A DNA stretch of 64,000 nt from Callorhinchus milii. Its lineage: Eukaryota. The notes beneath the pieces are model-generated. The model saw nothing but the letters and a program-made list of their open reading frames with translations. It was not told the DNA's origin and ran no database searches. This document shows, one piece after another, positions 11,231 through 25,592 of this stretch. Each line of letters starts with the position of its first letter. The stretch's first letter is position 1. Where the stretch lies: the NCBI RefSeq assembly GCF_018977255.1, contig NW_024704742.1:125986001-126050000 (forward strand). The letters are read 5' to 3'. Position numbers and translations under genes: made by a program.

Positions 11231-14200
11231 CAAGCTTATTCTTCAAAATATCACTGGATCCCTTAATGCCCACGTGAATCACAAGGCTGATTAAACTTCT
11301 GCTTAACTGCTCATTTGAAAAAGAGGATGATGATCTGGCATGAATGAATAATACATAGTACTTGCATTTAATATAGTGACTGATCATGTCAAAACATCGC
11401 AGACATCTAAAGAGCACAACAAAATGCTCCATTTGAATGCTTTGGATGCTCCAACTGCTTCTTATATAGGCAAATGCAGCATCCAGTCTATACTAGCAAA
11501 GTGGACAAATAACAATGAACTGAGTTAGCCAAGTAACTTGACTTTTTTTTGGAGTGGAGGATAAATTCAGAGGAAAGTAGAATCATGGCCAAGACACACT
11601 TATACAATTAAAATGCAAAGAAGTGAAAATAAATTTCAGAACTCAAAGAGGCGTGGAGGAGACGGTGGAGGGAGGTAGCTGAAAGAAAAAGAGTGACAGT
11701 GGAAATACTAAGTGAAAGACAGGGAGGTAGGCTGCTTGTAATTTGTAAATGTAGAGGTAGTATCTGAAACAGGCACCTTACAACAACAACTACAACTTGC
11801 ATTTATATAGCACCCTTCACAAGGGATAGCCCCCTGGAGAGCTTCACAGTCATGGAGTCAGACAACAAGCCAGGGGGAGAGGCAGGGGGCAGATGACTGA
11901 AGCACGATCAAGAAGGAAGGTTTTAAGGCGGGATATAAATCCAGCTACAGTACAATACAGTACAGCTGTATCTCCTAGACTTTTTCTGAACATCTACAGA
12001 AAAAGCATAAGAACAATGCCAGGAGGTCTGAAGGCGACTTTGTGGTTATATCACAGGCAACAAAATACACAATTACATTTTACATTATATCCCCTAAAGC
12101 ATTCTGAACTGTCCTCCCGATGCGTACGGTCCTATATCAAATGTAAGGATTATTATTTTTGTTATTATAATGAGACCAATTTGGTGAGGGGGAGAATTGT
12201 CATGTTAGTAAACATTCTACCAGGCAGATGGGTCAGGGTTTTGCCTGAAACTGCAATTATCTGTCTCGTGTTAAACTGAGTGACAATACTGTGTGTGCAA
12301 TTGGCTGCCATGTTTCGCCCGCTAAATTCAGTTGACAATTTATTCTGTGGACTGCTTTGAGACGTCTCGATGGCGTGATAAGGTGCCATGTTTAAAATGC
12401 AAGGATTATTATTACATTATTATTACATGGTATGGATTGCAGCCGCCACATTATAACAAGGCCCCACTGTATTTCTCCCGGCAAAAACGGTCAGTTTAAC
12501 CAATAAGTAAGGATCAATACAATCAAAGCAAGAGTCCTTGGGAACATCTTATATGAGCAGTAGAAAATTTCTGTATTTTTTGTCTTAGTGGTTTAATTTG
12601 ATTTTAAAAGTGCAGACAAGTTTCACATAAGCAGCAGTTTTTGTTTTTATTTTGATCCTTTGTTCGTCCTCGACTCTGGGAGCATTATTCTCACTGCAAC
12701 TAATGGTGGAGCAGGGCTGACAGATGCTGAGATATTATTTGCAATGTTTATAGGTTTTTCGCCCCTTTACTAGATTTGCGAGGCAAACCGAGAATGAGAG
12801 GACTCCAGTGTGACCTTCAGCAAAGGACTTTCAGTGCAATTGTAAGATCATTACTGCAGGTTTAGAAATAATCTACACTTGGTTAAAAGGAAATCGTACT
12901 GTGTACGGATATCTTGTTAAAGGACCCACGTAAATCTTTCATGCATTTTTGGCTGATAAAAACAAAACAATTATTTATTCAGGCAATTGTGTTTCTCCTT
13001 CTCTGCCTGCCGTCACAAACCTCCTGAAACATCTCTCTTTGACTGTGAATTTGATTCACATCCTTACAATCTCTTATTATATTGCCATTACTATTATTAT
13101 ATTCCTCCATTGGTTCACATGGTCTCATTGTTGTGACTGCTGCACCTTTCTTGAATTTCTCCCAATCGTCCTTTAAATAAAAGCTCTGTGGACTTGGATG
13201 TTCACATCTGTTACTACAGCTTAATGATGTCAGTATCTACATTAAAAGATAGTCCTTAGTAAGAAGATTGGAATTTCAAAGAATGGGGGAAAAAATTCAC
13301 CATTTCCTAAATGCCATCTTCTAAAAGGGTTAATCAGCTTGTAAGCTCTCTCCCATCTGAATGATTATTTTTGTGAATGCAATGGCTTAGTGCTGTGATT
13401 CTCCTTGCTTGATGAGGCCTCTCTTGATTTTAATCTTTGGTGACTGGGATTAGATACTTTTTAGGTTTGATCAGAAAATTAAAGTTTTCAAGCAGATGTA
13501 AGGTTATCAATTACAGAGGAAGTACCGTCTTATCCAATTATGCGTGTAGCTGCGTATGTGGGTAGTAAATAAATCTACACCAATCACCTAATAGGATGAA
13601 CTGAATCCTATGTAAATTGCAAATTGCTGCTACTGACGAAAGGGCTCCTCATATTAGCAGCATCTGTCCTCATAAACTTAATGGACTTTGAGGCTCCAGG
13701 TCACCCATCAGTGCTTTCATGTTTCACACTAGCAACATTAACACATCTCTTGTGTCAGATCAGGCTCAATGAGTGTTTCCTTGAAAACTTCACAATGTCA
13801 CTAAAAGGCTAAAGGTCACTGTTCTGCAGTGGTCACTTAAGAGACGTGTTTAATGCCTTAAAAGCCTCAGTCTCCAGGCTTGCTCACTACACTCCAGCAC
13901 ACAAAGCTTCTCTGCCTGCAGTTATGTGAGAGGTGATGGGACATATGCTTGACCAATTGTTATAAGTATAAATAATCTTTGCATTTGATACAGTGCCTAT
14001 TACGTCAAAAACGTCTCAAAGTCAGCTCACCGTGTAATTGTAGGCAAATGCCACAGGAAATGGGCACAGCAAGTACTTACATCAGTCATGAAGCAAATGA
14101 CTGATGTATCTGGGTGACTGTTGCCCAGGCCAAACTGAGAAACTCCCTTTTCTTTTCAAATAGTGACATGGGATCTTTTACATCTACCTGAACAGGCAAA

Positions 14201-14244
14201 TGGAAACCTCAGTTTAAAGTCTCAATGGCACTTCTGACAATGCA

Positions 14245-14560
14245 ACAACAACAACTTGTGTTTATATAGTGCTCTTCACTCAGGATAGTGTCTCGGAGCG
14301 CTATACAGTGGGGGGGGGGGGGGGGGGGGTTGGACCCCCCACAAGGGAGAAGGGGGAGGGGGCTGTAGGTCTGGTTCAAGTGGTAAATTTTGAGGTGGAT
14401 TTGAAGACAGATAAAGAGGGGATGAGGCAGAGGGATAGAGGCAGTGAGCTGCAGAAGTGAAAAGCATAGTGACTGAAGGCTCAGCCACCAATGGTGGTGT
14501 AGAGGGAGCAGCTAACACTGCAGACCTGTATTAGCTGAGTGGATAGGCCGAGCAAAGGCG
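14245..14560 (-). mobile_element. Old L2 3' end containing a G20 homopolymer (14310-14329)
   Basis: (CAA)n tail, CTTGTGTTTATATAGTGCTCTTCAC...TCTCGGAGCGCT stem, then a G-rich tract complementary to the C-rich L2 3' UTR. Confidence 0.65.
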
Positions 14561-14917
14561 TGGGCTATGCAGTGATCCTGCAGTTGTATCAGCAATATAC
14601 TGGAATATCCTGCTGGACTGTTTGTTGGCTTCCATAGAATTGTTGTTTTGAATGCAGTCTTTTAGAAGAAGGTTCTCCTTCAGAGAATGCTGATTAGAAG
14701 TGGGGCCCGGAACTCAATCATTAGTAATCACGCATCAATAAAAGATAGAGGGGCTTGAATTTTTTAAGGGGTTCCATTCCAGCTGATTGGCGAGGTGATA
14801 TGTGGAGTGTGCAGGGCAATAACATATCAAAGAACGTCACAATTCTATCAGATAGATCAACAAGGTCATTAAGAAGGGGTTTAAGAGAAATGGAAAATGG
14901 GTAGGGAGAAGAGAGAG

Positions 14918-15712
14918 CAACAACAACAAGATTACATTTGTATAGCGCCTTTCACTTCAGAAGGATGTCTTAAGGCGCTGGACACAGTACAGCATTTCAG
15001 ACCTGAGCTGGGTTAGGCGGTGGGGGAGGGAAAGGCAGGGGAGGGAAAAGGGGTCGGTCAATGCCATGGCCGAAGAGGAGGGTCTTGAGGCGGGACTTGA
15101 AGGAGGCTAAGGAGGGGGCGAGGTGGAGTGACTGGTGGATGGAATTCAAGAGATTGGGGGCAGAGTGGCTGAAGGCTCTCACGCCAATGGTGGGGCGGGT
15201 GGGTTGGGGGACGTGGAGCAGGCCAGAGCCGGCTGAGCGGAGGGAACGGGCGGGTTGGTAGGGGGTTAGAAGGTTGCAGAGGTAGGGTGGGGCGAAGCCA
15301 TGGAGGGTTTTGTAAGTGAGGGCCAGGATCTTGAACTGGATCCTCTGAAGGCTAGGGAGCCAGTGGAGTCGGGAGAGAGTGGGGGAGATGGGGTCATGGA
15401 GTTTGGTGTCGGAGAGGACACGGGCTGCAGAGCTCTGGATTATCTGCAGCCTGTGGAGGGAGGAGTTGGGAAGGCCGACAAGGAGGGCATTTGAATAGTC
15501 GAGCCTGGAGGTGATGAAGGCATGAACAAGAGTTTCAGCGGCCTGGGGGGGTGTGGTAGTAGCGGAGTTGGGCGATGTTACGGAGGTGAGGGAAGGCAGA
15601 GCGGGTCATGGCTTGAATGTGGGGGAGAAAAGACAGTTGAGGGTCGAATAAGACACCTAGGTTCGTGACTGGCTTGGTGAGTTGTAGTGTGCAACCATGG
15701 AGGTTGATGATA
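14918..15712 (-). mobile_element. L2 LINE 3' portion (about 800 bp)
   Basis: (CAA)n tail. Minus-strand RAFSHSAPNL..SLHLAPSLASFKSRLKTLLF. Close reverse complement of 4578-5100. Confidence 0.88.
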
Positions 15713-15749
15713 TTTGTTTATTTAAAATTTATTTTAAATGGTTGTTGAG

Positions 15750-16570
15750 CAACCATTTCATCTACATAGAAGACTATATAAAGCAGAATAAAAAAGAGAT
15801 TGGGGAGCCAAGAGACAATTGGAAAGGAACATAGCAGCAGATGCCAAATGTATCATTAAAAAAATTCTTCCAATATTGTAACAGCAAGAAGGTAATCAGG
15901 GCGGAAATTAAAATCCTGAAGGATCAAAAAGGAACTGAAAACGAGAATAAAGGGGAGTTAGATTTGGATGGTTGGAGGCTCATGGGGAGAATAAAGAAAT
16001 AGCACAGATTAGTTGGGTTCAGTGGTTCTGTACTGTACAGTCTGTAATTCTACATAGAAATGACATTAAATGATGACTTCTTGGAGTTTTATCCAGGAGG
16101 ACACTAACAATATGCTGTCCAGCACCCAGCACATGTCATGTGAAGTCCAGAACTTTGACATTAGTAAGACATAGGTTCCAAGTGGACTCATATGACCCAG
16201 GATGGATAAACAATACCCCAAGGTACTTTAACAGACAAGGAAGGAAGCTTGCAAAGCATTGACAGGCATATTGAGGCAGTAAAAGAACAATGAGGAGGCC
16301 CTGACACATAGGAAAAGCAAACATGGTTTACATATTAAATAAAGATGACAGTGCCAACCCTGGCAGCTACAGATCCATTAGTCTGATCTCAGTTATTAGA
16401 AAACCACTGAAATCAATACTGAGAAGTAAAATCAAAGATAACCATGTGAAAATAACCTAATAAATTACAGCCAACACTGCTTCAAAGGGGTAGATCTTGT
16501 ATGACAACATTTTTTGACAAGGTGACATTGCAATTTGCCTGTAGGAAATCATTCTTTAACAAATCGATGA
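15750..16570 (+). mobile_element. Highly decayed CR1 ORF2 fragment
   Basis: PGSYRSISLISVIRKPLKSIL-like (about 16359-16420) and QHCFKG.RSC.T-like RT N-terminal remnants. Confidence 0.55.
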
Positions 16571-16581
16571 TAAAGTATCAA

Positions 16582-16975
16582 TGGAGACCTGTAGGGTATT
16601 GGTTAGAGCACTCACCTCACAAGTGAGAGGACTTGGGTTTGATTCCCAGGCAGAGCGAAACATTACTCCACACGCCTTTGTACACCTAGCAGTAAGTAGG
16701 AACCCGGCTGTTAGTCAAATGGCAGATTGCTTTTTCCGGGGGTAATAATCACTTAAAAAATAAACCAATAAAAAAAGTGTTCACTCAACCTACGACTGTT
16801 TGTGGGACACTGCTGTGCGCGATTGGCTGCCGCACTTTGCCCACAAAATATACAATCAATTCATTTTACAATATATTCTGTGAAGCACTTTGAGACATCT
16901 CAAAGACATGATAAGGCACTATACAATAAATAATAATCCTTGCATTTGATATAATACAAGGATTGTTATTATTAT
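16582..16975 (+). mobile_element. tRNA-derived SINE, long form, with a short inverted tail fragment in its 3' end
   Basis: Head GGAGACCTGTAGGGTATTGGTTAGAGCAC, extra internal block CCTAGCAGTAAGTAGGAACCCGGCTGTTAG...GGGGTAATAATC, Deu-like body. Confidence 0.8.
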
Positions 16976-19900
16976 ATAGGTGTCAATGTGGACATGAATG
17001 TGAATTAGACATTAGTCAAAGGTAATGAAGTAGAAGGTGGTCAAAGGGGAGCTAAATCAAAATGGGGAGAGTTATTGAGTGGGATGCTTCAAAACATCAC
17101 CGTCATATTTTAACTCAGGGAAATTATGGCTTGTGAGTATTAGCTTCTGGAAGGGACTGAAAATTAAGTTATTCCAGCACTGTGGCTAATCAGGAACCAT
17201 TCTCTTATCAAGACGATGGATCCTCATTAACAAGCACAGCAGAGTGATAATTACCTACTGGATGACTCACCGGCTTGAAAGTGAAATGGCTTTGCACGAA
17301 TGGCTCTAGGATGTTGAGGAAAATGGAGGTGGCCAGGGTGGGTTCTGAGGAGGAGACACAATCCAACTAGTCCCCACACATACGGCATTGAAGAACCACA
17401 GGCAGCCTTTTGGGGACACTGACAGGAGAGTCTGGTATCCATGAGGAGGGACTGACTCCAGGTGACCACCCTGGTCAATGTTGTTTGTGCCTTTAGGACG
17501 TTGTGTGTACAGGAGAATGTTTCAGGACTTTAAAGACAGCTTGAAGATAAGATGAATACAACATGTACGGAAAAACAGTATCAGCTTTCAAATGGAGTCA
17601 CACCATTGCATGTCCCCCCATAAATGGGGCCCATCACAATGCAGAACCCTATGAATGTGCATGTTTTATTCACAGAGGAAAATTGTAAAATGTAGCAAGC
17701 AACATAGGGTTACACAAGGAGCACTTTCAACCCATCAAAGTGCCAAAGAGTTAATCTTCCCTCTAATCCCCACTACCGTGACCTAGGAGGATTTTGGGGG
17801 AGGGAAGAACTCTTGTGGTTTTCATACTCTGCATTATGAATGTCAATAGGGAGCACATACTTTGGTTCCGTACCTTGCACATTCTTTTCTTGCAGCCTCC
17901 ACGCCATCATCTTCACTTTCCCTTGAGTCAATCCAACCAACAGCCAAGCAACCACGCCCGTCTTGAACGAGATCTTTGATTACAAGTCACTCTGTCATGA
18001 CTGTTGAGGTGAACCATAAGGAGGATGAAGAAAAGGAGGGCAAGGAAGAGGAGAGTGGTGATCACCTCTACTCAGTAAATTACACTCAGTCTTTGTGTAA
18101 CAGTCCAGTGCTGCAGCAAACACTACAACTGGACAGTGTTACCCAGATCGAGGCATCTCACAGGACAAGGTAGATAATGGGACAGCAGATGCTGGGGCAC
18201 TTATCACTGAAGAGGTTAGGAGAAATAATGGTGAGAAATGTTGCTACACATTGAGGCACCTACAGAAGGGTTGTTTCAATGTGCAACAACAAAGGTTTCC
18301 TGGGGGTGTGGAGATGTGAGACAGTGAGGACATTGGACCACTGTCTCCTCTCCCTGCTTCCTGGGGAGACACAACTTAAGAGGTCCTACTCTCTGTCCTT
18401 CTCATATGTATTTGATGCGCTAAGTCAGACTAGTGTAGGGAGTTTTTCTCAGTGCCCTGAACAACAGACCCTCAATAAAATTGGTCATTCACTTCATGGC
18501 TGTGTGTAGGACATTGCTATGTGCAATTTGACTGCTGCATTCTCCTACAGAATACACAATCACTATGCTTTACAGTATATACAACGCTATATCAAATGCA
18601 AGGAGTATTATTATAATGGCCCAGTCGTAACTCTGCAAACGCATCCAAACTTCCCATAGGTATTCAGTATGTAAATTTATGCACTCTGTCTTTAATTTAC
18701 TCCCCAAATTACGTGATTAACCTAACTTCACGTATCCTATGATGATCACAGAATTTATAGCCCAGCTGTGGCTGTAAAAAGTCCTTGAGACTGTGCCTAC
18801 CTGGAGTAAACCCTGGTATAATAAGTTCCAATAGATACGAGTGCTAAATCCTGCTTACAAGAAGTAAAGATATATTGCACATGAATTCCATGGATGGGCT
18901 AAAACTTTCTAAGAGGAAGTTAAAAATGGGTTTGGGGATGTTAATTACTCGTTGCTCACCACGTTGAAACATTATGTGGCAGAAATAGGCAAAGGAACAG
19001 GATGCTGCACTGCATTGTTAAGTCAGTTGTGTTCCAAGCTGTAATAGTCTCATTATTTGCTCTGCCTCATATTTTGGTTTGTACTACACATGTAAAATAT
19101 CCTATGTTATCCCCAGGTACCATGGTGCAATATAGGGCTGAAAAATGATAAGGTTATGTATTGCTTTTGATTATAATTTGGTCCTGATATTAATAGGTTT
19201 TACTGTGTTAATTAGATATTTAATTATATTTCATCATCAAGTGCTGTGAAGCAGTTTAGTTGCGGTAACACCACTCAGCATGAAACAATAGTTTCCCTTT
19301 TGAGAATTAGCTTAATTCTGTATAAAATGCCAAAATTTCAGCCTCTTTATATAGTCACATGATTCAGGGTATTTTTAGCTCCCCAACACTAGTGTTAATA
19401 ACCATTAAAATAATGTGACATTGCATATTTCTCTCGTACAGAACACAGTGAGGGAGACTGTAATAAAGGCACTGTTTTTATGGATTCTCCATTGAAGTGC
19501 TTGTTATATCCGAGTTGTGGTGTTATATAATAATAATCTTCATAATCCTTACATTTGGTATTATGCTTTTCACCTCAGAATTACGTCTCAAAGCACTTCA
19601 CAAGATGTACTGTAACGTGTAATGACTTTGTATTTTGTAGGTGAATACAGCAGCCAATGTTCCAAAAACAGCTGGGTGACCAATTTTATTTATTAATAAC
19701 CCTTGTATTTGATATAGCACCTTATCACATTGTCGAGATGTCTCAAAGTGCTTCACAGGATATACCGTAAAGTGGAGTGAGAGTGCGCATTTTGTAGGTG
19801 AATGCAGTCAATATGGCCACAACAATCTCCCACAAACACCGATGGAGAAACTCCCTTCTCTTTTCGAATAATGCCATCAGACTATTAACGTTCACCTGGA

Positions 19901-21644
19901 TAGGTAGATAAACCCAGGGTAAACATCTCTTACTTGGACAATTTTTAGCTAGGACACCAGAGAAACTCCCTTGTAGGTTATTACTTGTAGGTTCTTGTTG
20001 CTGTGTTCCAGTTTTGAGTGGTCCGTGATTGATTGCTTTATGGTTTATGTAGCCGTCAGTGGATCTGTCAGATGTTAAACCAGTACCAATGCTAGCCTCA
20101 AATGTTTCCAATTAGTTTTGTAGGTATAACCTGAGCTCCAGTGGGTCAGTTAGAAGTAACGGGTCAAATGTGCTCTCTGTGTAATATTTATCACGTTGAA
20201 TGTGCTAAACGAGTTGCCCTAAACACTATTGTCATTGCTGAACTTGCTGTTATGGCACGATTCGATAAACAGAAGTGAGTTTCTTCCAGTCTCCTGGCCA
20301 ACTGTCTCCGAGATAAAATCAATCATTCGCTTCATAGCTGTTCGTGGAAGATTGCTGTGCACATTTGACTGCTGTGTTTAACTACTAAGTGTACTGTTAC
20401 TATACTTTGCGGTAAATCCTGCAAAATGCTTTAAGACAACCTCCTGATATGCAAAACATGCCCAAGACCAACTGCTTATTCTATACAAACAATATGACTT
20501 AAAATATATAGTTTATTCATTTCTGCTGGTACAGAACTTTGTGTGTTTTGGGTTTGACAAGAGTGACCTACATTCTTTAAATTCTTGATCCTTTGTAACT
20601 TTTTCTACTTTGAACTCCACTGAGTAAATTCAACTCAAATTTGCATTGAGTAGAGCTGGCAGCTACATTGTATGGTCACAGAAAAAATAAGAACATAAAT
20701 GGTGGATGAGAAACAGCCATTTGGCCACTAAATCTCCCCCTCTAATGATTTAACTCTCTTGTCATGGTATTTATTTCTATTTTGAATATAGCAGGTGCTA
20801 TATTCAATGCAAGGATTATTATTATTACTTTATTGGCAGTGCTTGCAAATGGCTATGGGGAAAAGTTTGGGCTAACAACAACAATAACAACTTGGATTTA
20901 TATAGTGCCCTCCACGCTGGACGGCGTCTCAGAGCGCTTTGATTAACAAGGTTGTGGACTTTGATTAATGGTAGCATGATACGTACCAACCAAAAAAGCA
21001 AGAAAAAACTGTGTATTCAACATGCAGCACTGAGCAACCAACTATGCAACAACTGGCCTGTTCACATCCAACAGGCTAACCAACGACATTTGTACATTCC
21101 GTATCTCTTGGTTCTATCTGAGTTCAATACAGCAGATCAATCCCATTGCAAAGCAGCAGGCATGTATCCTGGACAAGTCACTGGCAGGCTTCATTTACCT
21201 ACTCCTTTGTTCAGACTTGGCATAGACTCTCAGCTGCTTTCCTTTGCGCATGGTCAATTCAATTTAATTGAAAGAACTTAGAATGTAATGTATACTTTGG
21301 AGTAAATTATAAATTTCACTAGTCCTAGGAACAAAAGGCAAGCCTGTGCGATCATTGCACATTGCAGCGAGGCTCTTCTAAGAATTTGTTTTAAAGTCAT
21401 CTTCAAAAGAGGAATGAATGACTATTGAGGTAAAAACAGCAACCTTTAAGGAAAACTATAAGCGAGTCTCATTTGCTCTTTTCTTCAATTACCTTTTGAC
21501 ATTTTTACACTTGGATAAATATTCTTAGTGAAAACTGAATATTAGGTGTAAATGGTAAAAATATACTTGTACATTAGAAAATACTGGAGATCCAAATATC
21601 ATTAACTATTATATTCATCAAGACTTTGTGTTCATCGTCAAGGC

Positions 21645-21950
21645 TTCCACTCCAATGCAGTGGCAGGGGAGCACTGCATTGTTGGAGGTACAAGTAACCT
21701 CAGGTGAGACGTTGAACTGAGGTCCCATCAGACTGTTGCAGTGGACATTACAGACCCATGGCACTATTCAAAAAAGAGAAGGGAGTTTCTCCTGTGGCCC
21801 TGGTCAACAATCCCTCAAATAAAATTGGTCACTCACTCCATGGCTGTTTGTAGGATATTGCTATGTACAAATTGGTTGCTGCATTTCCCTTCAAAGTGCC
21901 CAGTCCCTGCACTTTACAGTAAATTGTGTGAAGTGCTCTGAGACATCCTG
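21645..21950 (+). mobile_element. Old Deu-domain SINE
   Basis: GCACTGCATTGTTGGAGGT...GAGACGTTGAACTGAGG...CCCATGGCACTATTCAAAAAAGAGAAGGGAGTT...GGCTGTTTGTAGGATATTGCT. A similar copy lies at 23025-23385. Confidence 0.7.
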
Positions 21951-22667
21951 AGACTTATTTTCAAGAGACTGTGAGACTACTTTTATTATTTTAGTGGCAG
22001 TGCTTACAAATGGCTGTTGGACTGTAAGAGAAAGTTTGGGTTGAATTAATAAGACCTTTCCCGTGTTTTTTTTATGGATTTCCACTTTTAACCTCAAGAG
22101 TTTGACACAATTCAGTTTCATTTCTGATGATTCTCGCTAATTTGTTTCTCTCTTAACATACAATGAATCCTGGTAATTGCTCTCTGAAATGAGTCACCGT
22201 ACCTGGGCTCTGCTTTGCAGCAGTGAGGAATTTAATTTTTTTTGTGTTTTTGGAACTGCACTTAGTGACCTAAATGAATCAATCATGCTTATATTTGATT
22301 TGCCAAGATGATACAGTACTTTGCACTCCTCAGGAAAACATACAATAGTTTGCATGGAAATTCAGGCATTAGGTTCTGCAGATGGAAGAAAAAATGTTTT
22401 TATTTTTAATAAACCTGCATTTGATATCGTACCCTTCACATCGGTAGGACATTTCAAAGTATTTCACAGGATTTACTGTATAGGTTTTGGACGTCCTCCT
22501 TACGTGAAAGGCGCTATGCAAATGTAATTTTGTTGTTGTTGTAGTGCAGTGACTGTGCATCTGGTAGGCGAATATCATCCAGACTTAGTAGAGAGCATTT
22601 TCATTTCTGAATCAGAAGGTTTTGTGTGCTTCACTTTGAGCTCACAGTCTAGGTTGACACTACAATG

Positions 22668-23020
22668 TGGGAAGTCCTGTAGTATATTGGTTACCTCGCA
22701 AGAGGAGGACCCGAGTTTGGTTCCTGGGTAGAGTGAAACCTTAGGTACGTTTCCTTACTCCACATGCCTGTTTACCTAGCAGTAAGTAGGAACCCAGTTG
22801 TTAAGTTGTTTAGCGGATCGCTTTTCTGGGGGTAATAATCCCGTCAAAAAAATATATAAAATAATTTGGTCACTCAATCCACGACTGTTTGCTGTGCGTA
22901 ATTAGCTGCAAAATTTCGGCAACAAAATATACAGTCAATCCAATTCACAGTATATTCTGTGACGCACTTTAAGATGTCTCAACAGCATGATAAGGCGCTA
23001 CATCAAATGCAAGGATTAAA
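22668..23020 (+). mobile_element. tRNA-derived SINE, long form
   Basis: GTCCTGTAGTATATTGGTT head, CCTAGCAGTAAGTAGGAACCC block, GATAAGGCGCTACATCAAATGCAAGGATTA end. Confidence 0.8.
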
Positions 23021-24249
23021 TGCAGTGCTGAGAGAGTCATGTGGTATGGTAACCTTCGGATGAGACAGGGCTACACCAAAGCCTGTCTGCCAGTTCAGGT
23101 TGACATTAAAGATCCCATGGCAATATTCAAAAAGAGAAGGGAGTTCCTCCCAATATCCTGGTCAACAACAACTTGCATTTATATAGCGCCCCTCACGCAG
23201 GGTAGCTTCCCAGAGCACTTGGCGGAGCACAATGACCCCGAATATTACAATAAATTTGTTATTCACTTCATATGTGGACATTTCTGTGTGCAAATTGTCT
23301 GCCGCGTTTGCCTACAAATGCACTTGACAGAAAACTCCATGAAATGCTTTGAGATGCTTCAACAAGAGAAATGTAAGGATTGTTTTATTATTGTTGTCAT
23401 TATCATCATCAGATGGTATAGAACAATTGACATTCAGAATGAAAACGTTTGATCAATTTTTCCAGATAAATTCATGGCAAGTTAATATTTATAGGTATCG
23501 TCCAACTGGAATACAAATTGGAACTGTTTTGAATTTAGAGGAATACATTATGAATAGTACTGCAGATTTTAAACTACAGTTTACCCCTGCCCATAGGATT
23601 ATGACCCCTAGTGGTAGTTACACTCAGTGCTGCAGGAACCCTTTTTAAAGATCTCCGTTAGAAAATGGTTGGGGAGAAATTTCAAGTTGGTCTATATTTA
23701 CTCTATTAGCATTTCAGAGTATCCAGAATTTTGCAAATTGCTGAAGTCAGCCTAAACTTTGAAGCATTTTTTAAATTATTTTTAAACAAACTTATGTAAA
23801 CCTGGCTTCAAATATAAAGACTGAATTTATGAGTTGCCGAATTCTGGAAGCCACATTGAACTTCTGCCCAGTATTTCATGGAGTCATAGAAATTATTGTA
23901 TAGAAGAACATCATTCAGCTAATTGAGCATAGACCCAATGCTAACTCCTCTACTGGAAGTTTTACTTTAATCTCATTCTCTGCTCCTTGTAACCTTTTAT
24001 ATTAGTCCTTTTTAAATACTTATCTTTCTTCCGCCTTTGTCTGTTCCACTCCTAGACACGGAAACAGATTTTGTTTTCAGAGAATCCATAGTGATGAGAT
24101 GTGTTACTAATGGCCCTCCAGGAAGGAATTTTCACAGGGTAAGAAGCTGTCAGTCAAAAAGTGACCAGATCAGGGACAGTTATTTCCTTACTTTACTTGG
24201 TGAGAAACCAAGTTTCAAAGGTAAAACAGTTTAAAAGAGATATGTATCA

Positions 24250-24700
24250 TCTGACTCCACTGGCTCCCCATCTCCCAAGAGGATCGAGTTCAAGATCCTC
24301 ATCCTCACTTTTAAAGTCCTCCACGGTTTTGCTTCTCCCTACTTCTGAGACCTGCTAAAATCTTACCAACCCGCCCCATCCCTCGGTTCGGCAGGCACTG
24401 GCGTGCTTCAAGTCCCCCGCCCTGCCCGCCCCACCATTGGCAGTTGGGCCTTTAGCCTTTCTGCCCCCACCCTCTGGAACTCCATCTTAAAGTCCCTTCG
24501 TCTTGCCCCTTTCCATGCCTCCTTCAGGGTCTGTCTCAAGATCTTACTCTTTGACCGTGCCTTCAGCATCCTCCCATCCCTACCCCACCTTGACCCCACC
24601 TCTTTTGAATCTAACTTGGGTTCAAACCCTCGACTATCCAACACCTTGGGACATCCTCCCGATGTGAAACATACAATATGGATACAATTTGTTGTTGCTG
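24250..24700 (+). mobile_element. L2 LINE 3' fragment
   Basis: CTCCACTGGCTCCC (LHWLP), AFSLSAPTLWNS, TTGGGACATCCTCCCGATGTGAAA end and (TTG)n. Confidence 0.82.
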
Positions 24701-24990
24701 TAGTGAGGTAAATGCAAGATTTTAGTCAAACACTATCTTTTGCTATTTGCCAAAATAGGGAGACATGAACCAGGAAATTACAGATCAATTTATCTCACCT
24801 ATGTTGTCAGGAATATGCTTGAGTATTATAGGGGATGTTATCAGTACTCAACAAGAGAGACAGAAGTAACCAACCTGGATTTCAAAGAATTGGGTTGTAC
24901 CTCAGGAATTTACCAGAATTCTATGAGAAAGTAACTAAACTACTAAATACAAATAGTTTTTTTAGTCACAAAATGATAGAGATGGAAATA

Positions 24991-25592
24991 CAGTAAAACT
25001 CCTAATAACTTTGTGGAGTCCTGTAGCTCAGTGGTTAGAGCGCTCCCCTCGCAAGTGAGAGACCTGGGTTCGATTCCCAGCAGAGCGAAACCTTGGGCAA
25101 GTTTCCTTACTCCACATGCCTGATAATAATAATAATCCTTGCATTTGATATAGCACTTTTCACGTCTTCTCAACATCTCAAAGCGCTTCACAGAATAGAT
25201 AATAAAGTGAATTGACCGTATATTTGTGGGTGAAAAATAATAATCCTTGAAGAAAAAAAACAATAATAAATTGGTCACTCAGTCCAAGACTGCTGTGCGC
25301 AATTGGCTACCGCGTTTCGCCCACAATTATACAGTCAATTCACTTTACAATATATTCTGTGAAGTACTTTGAGATGTTGAGAAGACGTGAAAAGCACTAT
25401 ATCAAATGCAAGGATTATTATTATTAATAACTCGTCGCTCCTAGAGAAAACGGCTCAGTGACGAGTTATCCAGAGTGGCCAGTTAGGTTTATGTATAGAT
25501 ACATAAATAAATGTGGCCGGGATAATTGACAGCATAACGCCTTAACTGGTAGTGACAAGTTAAGCCAGGGTTGAGTTATCAGGAGTTTACTG
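24991..25592. mobile_element. Tc1/mariner (pogo/Tigger-like) MITE of about 180 bp, interrupted by a SINE
   Basis: TA-CAGTAAAACTCCTAATAACT ... GAGTTATCAGGAGTTTACTG-TA: TIRs of about 20 bp with CAGT termini and a TA duplication. Confidence 0.8.
25011..25424 (+). mobile_element. tRNA-derived SINE (short form) carrying an inverted 3' fragment of the same family at about 25122-25232
   Basis: TSD TAATAACT at 25003-25010 and 25425-25432. Head 25011-25120, inverted tail fragment, then the body resumes. Confidence 0.85.

Noticed and set aside
12441..12470. Tigger-like terminus (...TTATAACAAGGCCCCACTG-TA)
   Set aside because: No matching opposite TIR identified.
17200..18350. Purine-rich, coding-like region, possibly a decayed PIF/Harbinger element or pseudogene
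   Set aside because: No recognisable protein motif, TIR or TSD could be supported.
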